Below the pieces are notes generated by a model. The model worked only from the letters and a program-made list of their open reading frames with translations. It was not told the DNA's origin and did no database searches. A DNA stretch of 60,714 nt from Acidobacteriaceae bacterium. Its GTDB lineage: Bacteria > Acidobacteriota > Terriglobia > Terriglobales > Acidobacteriaceae. Below, in pieces: positions 1 through 10,144 of this stretch (within the stretch, counting starts at the first letter, position 1; each line of letters opens with the position of its first letter). Where the stretch lies: positions 1 through 60,714 of the forward strand of contig DATMLK010000194.1 of NCBI GenBank assembly GCA_035570215.1, read 5' to 3'. The position numbers were made by a program, and so were the translations under genes.

Positions 1-1
1 C

Positions 2-835
2 ATGGTCCGCGGCAATATGGTGGACGCCATCGTCTCGACTGGAGCCAACATTGTGGACCAGGATTTCTTCGAGGCCCTCGGCTTCCGCCACTACATCGCC
101 GATGACGAATACAAGTACGGCGGCGGCGACGCCGAGCTCCGCGAGCTGATGATCGACCGCATCTATGACACCTTCATCGACGAAGAAGAGCTGCGCATCT
201 GCGATGAGACCACCGAGAAGATCATCAACGGCATGAAGCCCGGCGCGTACAGCTCGCGCGAGTTCATCCGCGAGATGGGCCGCTACCTGAAGGAGAACAA
301 GCGCACGCCCCAGGCCGGCAACGCAGACTCCATCGTGCTCGCCTGCTATGAGAAGAACGTGCCCATCTTCTGCCCGGCCTTCTCGGACTGCTCCTTCGGC
401 TTCGGCATCGTGGCGCACCAGCACACGCGCCAGGGCAAGCCGATGGCCTCCATCGACTCCGGCAAGGACTTCTACGAGCTCACACAGTTGAAGATCCAGA
501 ACCCGACGACCGGCCTGCTCATGGTCGGCGGCGGCGTGCCCAAGAACTTCGCCCAGGACATCGTCGTCGCAGCCGACATCCTGGGAGTAGAGGCGTCGAT
601 GCACAAGTACGCCATCCAGATCACTGTCGCCGACGCTCGCGACGGCGCTCTCTCAGGCTCCACGCTGAAGGAAGCAAGCTCCTGGGGCAAGGTCGACCTC
701 ACCTACGAGCAGATGGTCTTCGCCGAAGCCACCATCGCCCTTCCGCTCATCGCCGGATACGCCTTCCACAAGAAGGCCGCCGCCGCGCGCAAGGGCAAGA
801 ACTTCGCGCAGGTTCTCGAACCCGTCAACGCCTAG
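2..835 (+). CDS. deoxyhypusine synthase-family protein (5' end cut by window edge)
   Basis: The ORF runs from the window edge. The translation carries DHS-family hallmarks (VSTGANIVDQDFF, MVGGGVPKNFAQD, GSTLKEASSWGKV). Confidence 0.8.
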   Translation: MVRGNMVDAIVSTGANIVDQDFFEALGFRHYIADDEYKYGGGDAELRELMIDRIYDTFIDEEELRICDETTEKIINGMKPGAYSSREFIREMGRYLKENKRTPQAGNADSIVLACYEKNVPIFCPAFSDCSFGFGIVAHQHTRQGKPMASIDSGKDFYELTQLKIQNPTTGLLMVGGGVPKNFAQDIVVAADILGVEASMHKYAIQITVADARDGALSGSTLKEASSWGKVDLTYEQMVFAEATIALPLIAGYAFHKKAAAARKGKNFAQVLEPVNA

Positions 836-853
836 CGCACCCGCAACCACTGC

Positions 854-889
854 ATGCCGGATGGCCCACGCCGTCCGGCATTTGCTTTG
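854..889 (+). terminator. putative rho-independent terminator
   Basis: An 8-bp inverted repeat, ATGCCGGA (854-861) / TCCGGCAT (874-881), is followed by TTTGCTTTGC just after the stop at 835. Confidence 0.45.
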
Positions 890-983
890 CATCTCAAACA
901 CATAGGCAGAGCCAAACCGGATACTCCTGACGCCCGCAACACAGCGCTATCATGGCTGCAAGGGCACGGAGAGGTGCACGAGC

Positions 984-3536
984 ATGCAGCTGACGAACTC
1001 GCGTCTTAAACTCTTCCTGCTTGTTCAGATGCTGGCCTGGGCCGCCATTCTGACCCTGTTTCTGTGGCGCATCGACCACGGAGAATCCTCCTCACTCCAC
1101 ATCGTCGTCACCATCTTCGCCGCTCTCTCTGTACTTGGTAACGCCATCGCTCTCGTCCGCAAGCTGCTCTATCCGGTGGTGATGGTTCCGCCGCCGATCA
1201 AGGCGTACACGGTACCGCCGGAGAATGTTCTGGCCGCCGAGGCGCAGTTCGTGATCGCAGCCGACCTGCACGGCAAAGTCTCCTATATGAATGCAGCGGC
1301 TTCACGAGCGCTAGGCTATAACCCCGGCGCGCCGGCCGGCTCCTTCTTTGCGCTCTTTGCGGAGAATGAACTGGAGCAGGCAGGCCGCAGCCGCTGGCTT
1401 ACGCTCGGTACCGTGGGTAAGCCGCCGGGACTGGTAGAGCTTGGCCCCCTGCGCTACTTCCTCGACTTCGCCGCGAGCACATCGCCCTCGGTCACGCATG
1501 AGTCGGAGGTATGCATGCAGCGGGCCGACGGCCTGCCCCTGCCCGTGCTGGCCATCTTCACCGCTCTGCGTAATGAGGCGGGTGAGATATGCGGCCTGCT
1601 CTGCGTGGCCACTGATATGGCGATACGCCACCACGGCGAACTGGAGCGGATGCACGCTCTGGATGACAAAAACCATTCGCTGTTGAACGCGATCGCCGAG
1701 GGCGTCTTCGGCATCGACCTGGAAGGCCGTCTTCTGCTGGCGAATCCCGCCGGCGCGCACATGTTCGCGGCGGAGGAGAACGAACTCGTCGGCCGTCTGG
1801 TGCATGAGATCGTTCACGAGTCGCGCCGGGATGGCGAGACCTGCGGCCCCGCCTGCCGCATCCTGCAGTGCCTGAACGCGGAAGACGCACAGCACGGCGA
1901 GGAGATCTTCTTCCGCCGCGACGGCACCAGCTTTCCCGTGGAGTTTGCCGCCACCCCCGTGATCGAAGAGGAGCGTATGACCGGCATGGTCATCAGCTTC
2001 CGCGACATCAGCCAGCGCTACGCTCTTGAACGGATGAAAGACGAGTTCATCTCCACCGTGAGCCATGAACTGCGCACGCCGCTCACCTCCATCCGCGGCG
2101 CGCTCGGCCTGCTCTCCGCCGGCGTCATCGGGTCCATGAATGAGAAGGCGTCGAACCTGCTTCGCATCGCCGTGACCAATACCGACCGGCTCGTCCGCCT
2201 CATCAACGACATCCTCGACCTCGAACGCATGGAGTCCGGCCGCGCGCCGCTGCACTTCCGCACCTGCGACCTGTCCGAGCTGGTGCGGCAGGCCATGGAG
2301 ACCATGGCGCACATGTCCGACGCCGCCGGCGTGAAGCTCGTCTCCACTATTACAGCGCTGCAGCTCGATGCCGATTCAGACCGCATCCTGCAGGTGCTCA
2401 CCAACCTGCTGAGCAACGGCATCAAGTTCTCACCTGCCGGTTCGGAGATCTGCATCTCGGCGGAGATAGCCGAGGCCAGCGGCATGCTCACGCTGCGCGT
2501 CAGCGACGCCGGCCGCGGCATTCCCGCGGACAAGCTCGAATCCGTCTTCGACCGCTTTCAGCAGGTGGATGTGGCTGATGCGCGGCAGAAGGGCGGCACC
2601 GGTCTCGGCCTGGCGATCTGCCGCAGCATCGTGCAGCAGCACGGCGGCAATATCTGGGCGGAGCGCAACCCCGGCAAAGGCGTCACCTTCGCCATACAGC
2701 TGCCGCGTTCGCACTCCGTTGCCACAGCCGATGCGCCTGCGTTGCGCGCCAAAGAGATCGTGGGGCCGTCGACGGTGTTGGTCTGCGACGACGATCCGGG
2801 CATCCGCACCATCGTCGCCGAGCAGCTGCGCCAGCACGGCTATGCCGTGATCGAGGCAGACCGCGGCGAGCAGGCCATCACCATGGCAGTGGAGCATACT
2901 CCGGATGCGATCCTGCTGGACCTCTACATGCCCGGCCTGAGCGGATGGGAGACCCTGAACAGGCTGAAGCGCAACGCGCTCACCGCCGATATTCCCGTCG
3001 TCGTACTCAGCGTACTCTCGCCTTCGGAGCGTCCGCGCCTGGCGGGCGACGCCGCCGGCTGGGTGCAGAAGCCCTTCAATGAGAATCTTCTACTCAACGA
3101 GTTGGGCCGCGTTCTCCACGGCTCTGAAGGCCCGACCCATATTCTTCTGGTCGAAGACGATCACGATCTTGCGGTCATCATCCTGGCCAGCTTCGAGCGC
3201 GCGGGCATCCACATCTCCCATGCGGCCACGCGGCAGGAGGCGATCGCCATGTGCCGCAGCCAGAAACCTGACCTGCTGATCCTCGATCTCATGCTGCCCG
3301 ATGGCGACGGCTTCGGTGTCATCGACTGGCTGCGCCGCCATCCCGAGATGCGGACTCTGCCCGTGGTGGTCTACTCCGGTCATGAGGTCTCCGAACGCGA
3401 GATGGGCCAGCTGCGGCTGGGGCCCACGCAGTTTTTGACCAAGGCCAAGGTGCAGCCCAAGGATGTGGAGGCGCTCGTACTGACGATGGTGCGGCAGTCG
3501 CGCGCGCAGGCCGGGCCGAAGACGGAAAAGGTTTGA
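984..3536 (+). CDS. hybrid sensor histidine kinase (TM, PAS-like region, HisKA, HATPase_c, two receiver domains)
   Basis: Motifs seen: H-box FISTVSHELRTPLTSIRG; G2 box GGTGLGLAICRSIVQQHGG; two receiver modules (VLVCDDDPGIR...ILLDLYMPGLSG and ILLVEDDHDLA...LILDLMLPDGDG); a PAS-like segment ending ISFRDISQR. Confidence 0.9.
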   Translation: MQLTNSRLKLFLLVQMLAWAAILTLFLWRIDHGESSSLHIVVTIFAALSVLGNAIALVRKLLYPVVMVPPPIKAYTVPPENVLAAEAQFVIAADLHGKVSYMNAAASRALGYNPGAPAGSFFALFAENELEQAGRSRWLTLGTVGKPPGLVELGPLRYFLDFAASTSPSVTHESEVCMQRADGLPLPVLAIFTALRNEAGEICGLLCVATDMAIRHHGELERMHALDDKNHSLLNAIAEGVFGIDLEGRLLLANPAGAHMFAAEENELVGRLVHEIVHESRRDGETCGPACRILQCLNAEDAQHGEEIFFRRDGTSFPVEFAATPVIEEERMTGMVISFRDISQRYALERMKDEFISTVSHELRTPLTSIRGALGLLSAGVIGSMNEKASNLLRIAVTNTDRLVRLINDILDLERMESGRAPLHFRTCDLSELVRQAMETMAHMSDAAGVKLVSTITALQLDADSDRILQVLTNLLSNGIKFSPAGSEICISAEIAEASGMLTLRVSDAGRGIPADKLESVFDRFQQVDVADARQKGGTGLGLAICRSIVQQHGGNIWAERNPGKGVTFAIQLPRSHSVATADAPALRAKEIVGPSTVLVCDDDPGIRTIVAEQLRQHGYAVIEADRGEQAITMAVEHTPDAILLDLYMPGLSGWETLNRLKRNALTADIPVVVLSVLSPSERPRLAGDAAGWVQKPFNENLLLNELGRVLHGSEGPTHILLVEDDHDLAVIILASFERAGIHISHAATRQEAIAMCRSQKPDLLILDLMLPDGDGFGVIDWLRRHPEMRTLPVVVYSGHEVSEREMGQLRLGPTQFLTKAKVQPKDVEALVLTMVRQSRAQAGPKTEKV

Positions 3537-3564
3537 AGCATCTGAAGAATAAGAACGGAGAAAC

Positions 3565-3939
3565 ATGCGTAAAGTTCTGATCATCGATGATGAAGACGAT
3601 ATCCGCGAAGTGGCCGCGCTCAGCCTGGAGACCGTCGCGGGCTGGACGGTAGTAACGGCGAACTGCGGCCCGGAGGGGCTCCGCATGGCTGCCGCCGAGA
3701 AGCCGGACGCCATCCTGCTGGACGTGATGATGCCGGAGATGGACGGCCCCACGACCTTCAAAAACTTACAGGCCAACCCCGAAACCAGCCACATTCCCGT
3801 GCTTCTCCTCACCGCCAAGGTGCAGGGCGTGGATCAGCGCCGCTTCGCCTCGCTCGGGGTCAAGGCGGTACTCTTCAAGCCCTTCGACCCATTAACTCTC
3901 TCCGAAGAGATGGCCGCCGTGCTAGGCTGGACGGACTGA
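3565..3939 (+). CDS. stand-alone response regulator receiver protein
   Basis: KVLIIDDEDDIRE...AILLDVMMPEMDGP...LLLTAK...KPFDP. This is a CheY-like receiver with no output domain. Confidence 0.9.
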   Translation: MRKVLIIDDEDDIREVAALSLETVAGWTVVTANCGPEGLRMAAAEKPDAILLDVMMPEMDGPTTFKNLQANPETSHIPVLLLTAKVQGVDQRRFASLGVKAVLFKPFDPLTLSEEMAAVLGWTD

Positions 3940-3961
3940 TACTTTTCCACAGGTCCGCTGT

Positions 3962-4294
3962 ATGAGCATAACCACACCCGCCGCGAAGACCGCACAGCTG
4001 CTTGCCGTGCTCTGGGAACGGAACCGCCCCGTCGTTGAAGAGCGGGTTGCGATACTGGAGAGCGCCATTCATACGCTCGGCGTCACCCAGACACTCGCGC
4101 CGGAGACACAGGTGGACGCGGCCAATGTAGCGCACAAGCTTGCCGGCACGCTCGGCATGTTCGGCTACCCGCGCGGCACCGAACTCGCGCGCATGATCGA
4201 AGAGGTGCTGGAGATGACCGACCCTCTGACGCCCACCGAATCCAAGCTGCTGCAGGAGTGGGTTGTGGAACTGAAGACCGTTCTGGCGAAATAG
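3962..4294 (+). CDS. Hpt (histidine phosphotransfer) domain protein
   Basis: A 110-aa helical protein with the Hpt signature VAHKLAGTLGMFGYPRG, immediately downstream of the hybrid kinase and the receiver. Confidence 0.75.
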   Translation: MSITTPAAKTAQLLAVLWERNRPVVEERVAILESAIHTLGVTQTLAPETQVDAANVAHKLAGTLGMFGYPRGTELARMIEEVLEMTDPLTPTESKLLQEWVVELKTVLAK

Positions 4295-4345
4295 CGTCGT
4301 GCAATCGCTTTTCTGATCCCTGGCCCCTGATCCCTAACGCCTGTT

Positions 4346-5560
4346 TTAGTGACCGTGCTCATCCTCATGATGCAGCGCGTTCGACTCTACGCTGACCTGC
4401 ACCTTCGCTGGATCGATTCCCTTCGCGATCGCCCTCGCGCGTGCCACTGTCTGCCAGCTGTCCTTGGCTCCCTTGGCCGGCATGAACGGCGGCAGCGGCA
4501 TACCCAGATAGGCGCTCAGCGCGCAGGCATGCGGCTCATACTTCGTGCGGAAGAGCTGGAACTTCTCCTTCGCCTCTGCATCCGCGCATAGCTTCACGCC
4601 GGCGTTGCCCAGCTCCTCGCACATGTGTTCAAACTGGCCGCCCGCAAGCCGGTCCTCGCATGCGCTCGGTTGAAACGGAGCCTGCCCGAAGACCTGCGAC
4701 AGGTCCACCAGCGCATGACGCGACATGGCAAAGGTAAGCTGCGCCTGACGCGCGCTGGCATCCTGCACGCTGCAGATCAGCAGCGCGCAAGTATCAAGCA
4801 CGGCCACCAGCGCCGAAAGCCAGCTCTGGTTGTCGTGCTGCGAGCGGTAGTAGCAGAGTAGCGGGTAAGAGATGTGACTCTCCAGCAGGTCCGCCGACCA
4901 GCGCTCCCACTCCTCCAGCAGCACGATGAGCGCACCCACGCCGTCAGGATAGCCATCGACGCTCGCAAAACTATGCCGGCGCAGTATCTCGCTCGCCGTG
5001 GGCGGCGATCCGGCGCGTGCATCCAACAACGCGATCGCGACCTCGCGCCGCGCGAAGGCCTGGTAGACCACCGGCAGATAGCCAATGACCAGCGCGACAA
5101 ATCCCAGCCCCATGCCCGACTCCAGCACCACCAGCTCACGCACTTTCATCGCGCGCGGCAGCACATCGCCAAGTCCGAGCGTGAAGAGCGTAGTCCCGCT
5201 TACATAGAAGTCCGTGCGCAGTGGCGTTGAGCCATGAAGCTGCATGCTATCGACAAAAGGTGAGCCAAGCGCGTAATAAAACAGGGCAAAGCCGGTCAAT
5301 AGCAGAACCGCCCACACCCCCAGCAGTGCCAGCAGCGAACCCGGTCCGTAGATGCTGTAGAGCGTCTCGCGCACCTTGCGCTGCTGCACGCGCCGCGTCA
5401 TCGCCGACCAGGGCAGCCACGTAAGGATGTAGAAGATGCGCGTGATGCGGAAGCGCCCCTGCGGACGCCGCGGCAGTACGATCGTCTGGAAGGCGTCCAG
5501 CAGAACGGTGGCGATGCACAGCAGGCCGGCGATCCACGTGAGTATCGTCAGTATCCTCAT
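4346..5560 (-). CDS. potassium-channel-like (2TM pore-loop) membrane protein with an uncharacterised C-terminal domain
   Basis: The pore-loop-like sequence SGTTLFTLGLGDVLP lies between hydrophobic helices. The start is taken at MRILTILTW (ATG at 5560); the track ORF extends to 5581. Confidence 0.6.
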   Translation of the reverse strand: MRILTILTWIAGLLCIATVLLDAFQTIVLPRRPQGRFRITRIFYILTWLPWSAMTRRVQQRKVRETLYSIYGPGSLLALLGVWAVLLLTGFALFYYALGSPFVDSMQLHGSTPLRTDFYVSGTTLFTLGLGDVLPRAMKVRELVVLESGMGLGFVALVIGYLPVVYQAFARREVAIALLDARAGSPPTASEILRRHSFASVDGYPDGVGALIVLLEEWERWSADLLESHISYPLLCYYRSQHDNQSWLSALVAVLDTCALLICSVQDASARQAQLTFAMSRHALVDLSQVFGQAPFQPSACEDRLAGGQFEHMCEELGNAGVKLCADAEAKEKFQLFRTKYEPHACALSAYLGMPLPPFMPAKGAKDSWQTVARARAIAKGIDPAKVQVSVESNALHHEDEHGH

Positions 5561-5851
5561 GCTCTCCTCCTGCTGCCCCAAAGTGCAATCGTCTCAGAAT
5601 GAACTTCGCTATCTCTTTTCAACCTAACAGATGGCGGCAACGCTCCCCGGTAACGCCTGCTCCTGCGTCTATCGTACGTACGGGGTTGTAAATTCACTTT
5701 TTTGAAACGGTAATCGCGCAATTTTTGCGATACGACGCATTTTTGTTAATGCAAATCAGAATGCACTTATGTCTTAATACTAGATATTAACCACCTGCAC
5801 CACCTGTACTCCTTTCCCAGGATTAGCCCACCCGAAGGAAAAGGTACCTCT
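5561..5851. promoter_or_regulatory. divergent intergenic region with an AT-rich core (about 5690-5800)
   Basis: It lies between divergently transcribed genes. By hand count, 5701-5760 is 22/60 G+C, well below the flanks. RBS-like GAAGGAAAAGG sits upstream of the ATG at 5852. No specific -35/-10 elements were assigned. Confidence 0.3.
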
Positions 5852-6229
5852 ATGCCACACGGACGCGTTCTCATCGTCGATGACGAACCGCTTGTTGCGG
5901 ACACGCTGGGGCTCATCTTCAGCCACCGGGGCTTTGAGTGCAAGGTTGCCTACTCCGGCGAGGAGGCGCTCGCCCAGGCGCATAGTTTTGCGCCGTCGCT
6001 GATCCTGCTTGATATCCACATGCCAGGCATGAGCGGTCTGGACGTGGCCCGCGCCCTGGCCGTATCCAAACCGGAGTGCCGCATGCTGATCATGACCGGC
6101 TACTACTCCAAGCTGCAAGAGGCCCGCGAGCTCTCCAGCCTTCTGCAGCATCCGCTGGAGTTCGCCACCAAACCCGTACAGCCGGAGATACTGCTCGACC
6201 AGGCCTGCTCCATGCTCGCCACCGCCTGA
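5852..6229 (+). CDS. stand-alone response regulator receiver protein
   Basis: RVLIVDDEPLVADTL...LILLDIHMPGMSGLD...LIMTGY...KPVQP. Confidence 0.85.
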   Translation: MPHGRVLIVDDEPLVADTLGLIFSHRGFECKVAYSGEEALAQAHSFAPSLILLDIHMPGMSGLDVARALAVSKPECRMLIMTGYYSKLQEARELSSLLQHPLEFATKPVQPEILLDQACSMLATA

Positions 6230-6271
6230 GCTATCCTCGCCATGCTCTAAGCGGCGCTGCTAGACTCGTCT

Positions 6272-7834
6272 TTGATGGCGGACGAGAAGGCACCTAAGAC
6301 AGACGAATCCACTCCGACCCTTGCGTCGCTCTTTACGCGCCAGCGCCGTCCGCGCGCCGCGCAGCCGCCTGCCGAAAGTGAATCCGCGGCCGCACCGCAC
6401 GAACCCCAGCTCGGGCTCTTTGCTCCAGTGGATGAACTCCCCGGCGACCCACTCCGCATCCACATCGCACCCGCTGAACCATCAGCCGCGGCCGCGCGCA
6501 GCATCTGGACCGTTGCCGCCCTGGTGAATCATATTCGCGGCCGCGTCGAAGCCGGTTACGCCGACGTCTGGATCGAAGGCGAAATCTCTAACCTCCGCAC
6601 CGCGCCCTCCGGCCACATCTACTTCACGCTCAAAGACGGCGACGCCCAGCTCGCCGTCGTCCTCTTCCGCCGCCAGGCGATGCTGCTGCGCTTCAACCCC
6701 GAAGACGGCATGGCCGTGCTCGTGCGCGGCCGCGTCTCCGTCTATGAAAGCCGCGGGCAGCTCCAGCTCATCGCCGAGACCGCCGAGCCGCGCGGCGCAG
6801 GTGCCATGCAGCTCGCCTTCGAGCAACTCAAGGCAAAACTCGCCGAAGCCGGCCTCTTCGACGCCGCCCGCAAACGCCCTCTGCCCGCATTTCCGAAACG
6901 CATCGGCGTCATCACCGCAACCACCGGCGCCGTGATCCACGACATCGTCACCATCGCCGCCCGACGCAGCAGCACGCTCGGCATCCTCATCTACCCCGCG
7001 GCGATGCAGGGTGAGAGCTGCGCCGCCGAAGTCATCGAAGGCCTGCACTACTTCAATAAAAATTCTGGTGTCGATTTAATTCTCATCGCCCGCGGCGGCG
7101 GCTCCGCCGAAGACCTGAACGGCTTCAACGACGAGCAACTCGCGCTCGCCATCGCCGAATCCGCGCTGCCCGTTATATCCGCCATCGGGCATGAGACCGA
7201 CTTCACCATTGCCGACTTCGTCGCGGATCTCCGCGCCGCAACTCCATCCGCCGCCGCCGAGCTCATCACCGAAGCGCAACACCGCATCGAAGACCACATC
7301 ACGCAGCTCAGCTATCGCCTCGCCCGCGCTGCACGCTTTCAAACGATGCATGCGCGCCAGCAGCTCTCCGCGCTCTCCGCCGACTCCGTCTTCGCTCGCC
7401 TCGCCGAAGCCTTCAACCGCCGCCAGCAGCGCGTCGACGAGCTCGGCTATCAGCTTGAGGCCGCATGGCAGCGCAGCTATCGCGAGCAGGCCGCTCGTTT
7501 GCGCATCACCTCCGACCGCCTGCACCGCCAGGACATCCGCCGAGGCATCGCCATGATCCGCGCCGCCTGGGTGCAGCTCACGCAACGGCTGGCGCACGCA
7601 CCGCAGCGGCTGCTGCAACAGGACCAGCGCGCCTGGCAGACCGCCCACGCTCAGCTGCAGTCGCTCTCGCCGCTCGCCGTGCTCAGCCGCGGCTATGCCC
7701 TCGTCTTCGACGAACGCGGCATGCTGCTCAAATCCTCCGCCGACGCTCCGCCGCCCAGCATCATCACCGCGCGCTTGGCCGAAGGCGAGCTGCAGGCTAA
7801 AGTCTTAATGACGACGAAAAAACACAACTCATGA
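6272..7834 (+). CDS. xseA: exodeoxyribonuclease VII large subunit
   Basis: OB-fold motif VWIEGEISNLRTAPSGHIYFTLKDGDAQLAVVLFR and catalytic-region motif IARGGGSAEDLNGFNDE. The N-terminal extension is low-complexity, so the true start may be downstream. Confidence 0.9.
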   Translation: MMADEKAPKTDESTPTLASLFTRQRRPRAAQPPAESESAAAPHEPQLGLFAPVDELPGDPLRIHIAPAEPSAAAARSIWTVAALVNHIRGRVEAGYADVWIEGEISNLRTAPSGHIYFTLKDGDAQLAVVLFRRQAMLLRFNPEDGMAVLVRGRVSVYESRGQLQLIAETAEPRGAGAMQLAFEQLKAKLAEAGLFDAARKRPLPAFPKRIGVITATTGAVIHDIVTIAARRSSTLGILIYPAAMQGESCAAEVIEGLHYFNKNSGVDLILIARGGGSAEDLNGFNDEQLALAIAESALPVISAIGHETDFTIADFVADLRAATPSAAAELITEAQHRIEDHITQLSYRLARAARFQTMHARQQLSALSADSVFARLAEAFNRRQQRVDELGYQLEAAWQRSYREQAARLRITSDRLHRQDIRRGIAMIRAAWVQLTQRLAHAPQRLLQQDQRAWQTAHAQLQSLSPLAVLSRGYALVFDERGMLLKSSADAPPPSIITARLAEGELQAKVLMTTKKHNS

Positions 7835-9177
7835 GAAAACTCTTCGGAACAGATGGGATCCGCGCCGTAGCCGGCCAACCGCCGCTCGACGCCAAAACGA
7901 TCTACGCGATCGGCCTCGCCCTCGCACACTCGCTGACCAACGGAGCGAAACCACGCATCGTCATCGGCATGGACACCCGCGAGTCCAGCGCCTGGATCAC
8001 CGCCGCCATCACCGCCGGGCTTGAAGCCGGTGGGGCCACGGTCGAGAGCGCCGGCGTCATTACTACCCCCGCCATCGCCTTCCTCACCGCCAAGCACGGC
8101 TTCAGTGCAGGCATCGTCATCTCTGCCTCACATAATCCCTGGGAGGACAATGGCATCAAGCTCTTCGGCTCCGACGGCTACAAGCTCGCCGACGCCATCG
8201 AGCTCGCCATCGAAGAGGAGATCTTCAAACATCTCGAGACAGCGCAGGCGCCGGACCTCGCAAAACTCACCGCACCCGCCGTGAACGAAGCCGACAGAGC
8301 CGAGTATGTTCGCTTCCTGCTTAGCGCCGTGCCCAACCTCTCGCTCGACGGCAAGAAGATCGTCGTGGATTGCGCCAATGGCGCTGCTTCGTCCGTCGCA
8401 CCGCAGCTCTTTGCCGAGCTGAAAGGCACCGTTTTCATCACTCATGCCTCGCCCGACGGCAGGAACATCAACGAACACTGCGGCGCGTTACATCCTGAGG
8501 TGGTCGCAAAAGAAGTTGTGAAGCACAAGGCCGACCTCGGCATCACCTTTGACGGCGACGCCGACCGTGCGCTGTTTGCCGATGCGCAAGGTAACGTCGT
8601 CAACGGAGACGCCGTCGTCCTCCTCGCCGCGCGCGATCTGCAGGCCCGCGGCCTGCTCGCTGGAAATGTTGTGGTGACCACGACCATGTCGAACATGGGC
8701 CTCGAAGCCGCACTGAAGCGCAGCGGCATCAGGATGCTGCGCGCGCCCGTCGGCGATAAGTACGTTCTCGAAGAGATGCGCAAGTCGAAGGCCGCGCTCG
8801 GCGGCGAACAGAGCGGCCACATCCTCTTCCCCAGCCTCGCGACGACCGGTGACGGCCTGCTCACCGCACTGCTTCTGCTCGACCTCATCCACCGCAGCGA
8901 TAAATCTTTAAGCGAATTAAAAAGCGACTTGAAAGTTTTCCCTCAAGTGATCGTTAACGTAAAAGTTCGCGAGAAGAAGCTGCTGGAGGAGATCCCTAGC
9001 GTCGCCGCCACCATCCGCGCCGCTGAAGCAGAGCTTGCAGACTCAGGCCGTGTCGTCATCCGCTACTCCGGCACCGAAGCCCTGGCCCGCGTCATGATCG
9101 AAGCCGAGAGCGAAGAGGCCATGAAGCGCCACGCCAATGCGATCGCGGATGCGATACGGAGTGAATTGGGAATTTAG
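7831..9177 (+). CDS. glmM: phosphoglucosamine mutase
   Basis: MRKLFGTDGIRAVAG and the active-site loop ISASHNPWEDNGIKLF. The ATGA start/stop overlap with xseA suggests translational coupling. Confidence 0.95.
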   Translation: MRKLFGTDGIRAVAGQPPLDAKTIYAIGLALAHSLTNGAKPRIVIGMDTRESSAWITAAITAGLEAGGATVESAGVITTPAIAFLTAKHGFSAGIVISASHNPWEDNGIKLFGSDGYKLADAIELAIEEEIFKHLETAQAPDLAKLTAPAVNEADRAEYVRFLLSAVPNLSLDGKKIVVDCANGAASSVAPQLFAELKGTVFITHASPDGRNINEHCGALHPEVVAKEVVKHKADLGITFDGDADRALFADAQGNVVNGDAVVLLAARDLQARGLLAGNVVVTTTMSNMGLEAALKRSGIRMLRAPVGDKYVLEEMRKSKAALGGEQSGHILFPSLATTGDGLLTALLLLDLIHRSDKSLSELKSDLKVFPQVIVNVKVREKKLLEEIPSVAATIRAAEAELADSGRVVIRYSGTEALARVMIEAESEEAMKRHANAIADAIRSELGI

Positions 9178-9193
9178 CTTAGTTAAGGCGGCG

Positions 9194-10144
9194 ATGTATA
9201 TGCACGCAACTCTAATGCGCCTAGCAGTCTGGACTCCCGACTGGAACTCTTTAGATTCGGTGAGGCGCACGCACAGCGACTTAGAGGCTGCCGCGCTGGT
9301 GTTTTTCTTCCTGCTAGTTGTGGTGGAAGCGTTCGCTCATCGAACAAAAGAAGAGCACAAAAAGAATGTATTAGATCTGCTCGGAATTGCTTTTTTCGCT
9401 ATTGCTGTTTTAGCTGAGATAGTTGCGTATCCGTATGGTCAGAGAAACGACACTTTATCCGAACAAACGATAGGATCTCTAGACTCCTTAGCGCACGATG
9501 CCGATGCTACGGCTAATGGAGCAAAGATAACCGCAAATGGAGCCAAAGGTACAGCGGACGCGGCAAACCTTGAGGCTGGTAAAGCGCAAGCATCTGCTCA
9601 TGAGGTGGAATCCAAACTTAGTGCTGCTAACGCCGAGATTGCACAGCTAGGAAAATCAGTATCTGTTGTCAAAAAGCGGCAACAAGATCGCCATATTGAA
9701 AATGATGCGGTGTCGAAATATCTAAAGGGCAAGCCGAGCGGTACGCTTACAATCTGGTACCAGCCAGGTGATCGGGAAGCATACCAATTCGCATTAGAAA
9801 TTATGAGTGAGGTGATAGTGGGCGGTTGGCATGTTCCCCAGCCTCCCACACCAATTCCAGATAACATCTCTTCCGTGACTTTTCTAGGCCCTGAATACCG
9901 AGAATTTGCCGGATCATCCTTTGAGCAATTCGACCGCACGCGTCCGCCAATAGAAAGAATTGCTGGAGGCAGCGGTGAACTTACCTTGCTATCTAAAGTG
10001 TATCCAGATGAGAAAGACCCTAATTCGACCGCGACCATCCTTACAAACGCACTGAAACCCCTGGTATTCTCCGGTTGGGGTTGGAAGCGTGCGGCGGAAT
10101 TGCCGGACAACACATTTCTTTTGATTGTTGGGCCTAAACCATAA
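9194..10144 (+). CDS. hypothetical membrane-anchored coiled-coil protein (orphan, AT-rich gene)
   Basis: A long ORF sits in an AT-rich block. It has two hydrophobic helices (AALVFFFLLVVVEAF, LLGIAFFAIAVLAEIVAYP) and a repetitive Ala/Asn/Gly helical stretch. I recognise no family motif. The ATG at 9194 follows AAGG; the track start at 9137 would overlap glmM. Confidence 0.6.
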   Translation: MYMHATLMRLAVWTPDWNSLDSVRRTHSDLEAAALVFFFLLVVVEAFAHRTKEEHKKNVLDLLGIAFFAIAVLAEIVAYPYGQRNDTLSEQTIGSLDSLAHDADATANGAKITANGAKGTADAANLEAGKAQASAHEVESKLSAANAEIAQLGKSVSVVKKRQQDRHIENDAVSKYLKGKPSGTLTIWYQPGDREAYQFALEIMSEVIVGGWHVPQPPTPIPDNISSVTFLGPEYREFAGSSFEQFDRTRPPIERIAGGSGELTLLSKVYPDEKDPNSTATILTNALKPLVFSGWGWKRAAELPDNTFLLIVGPKP

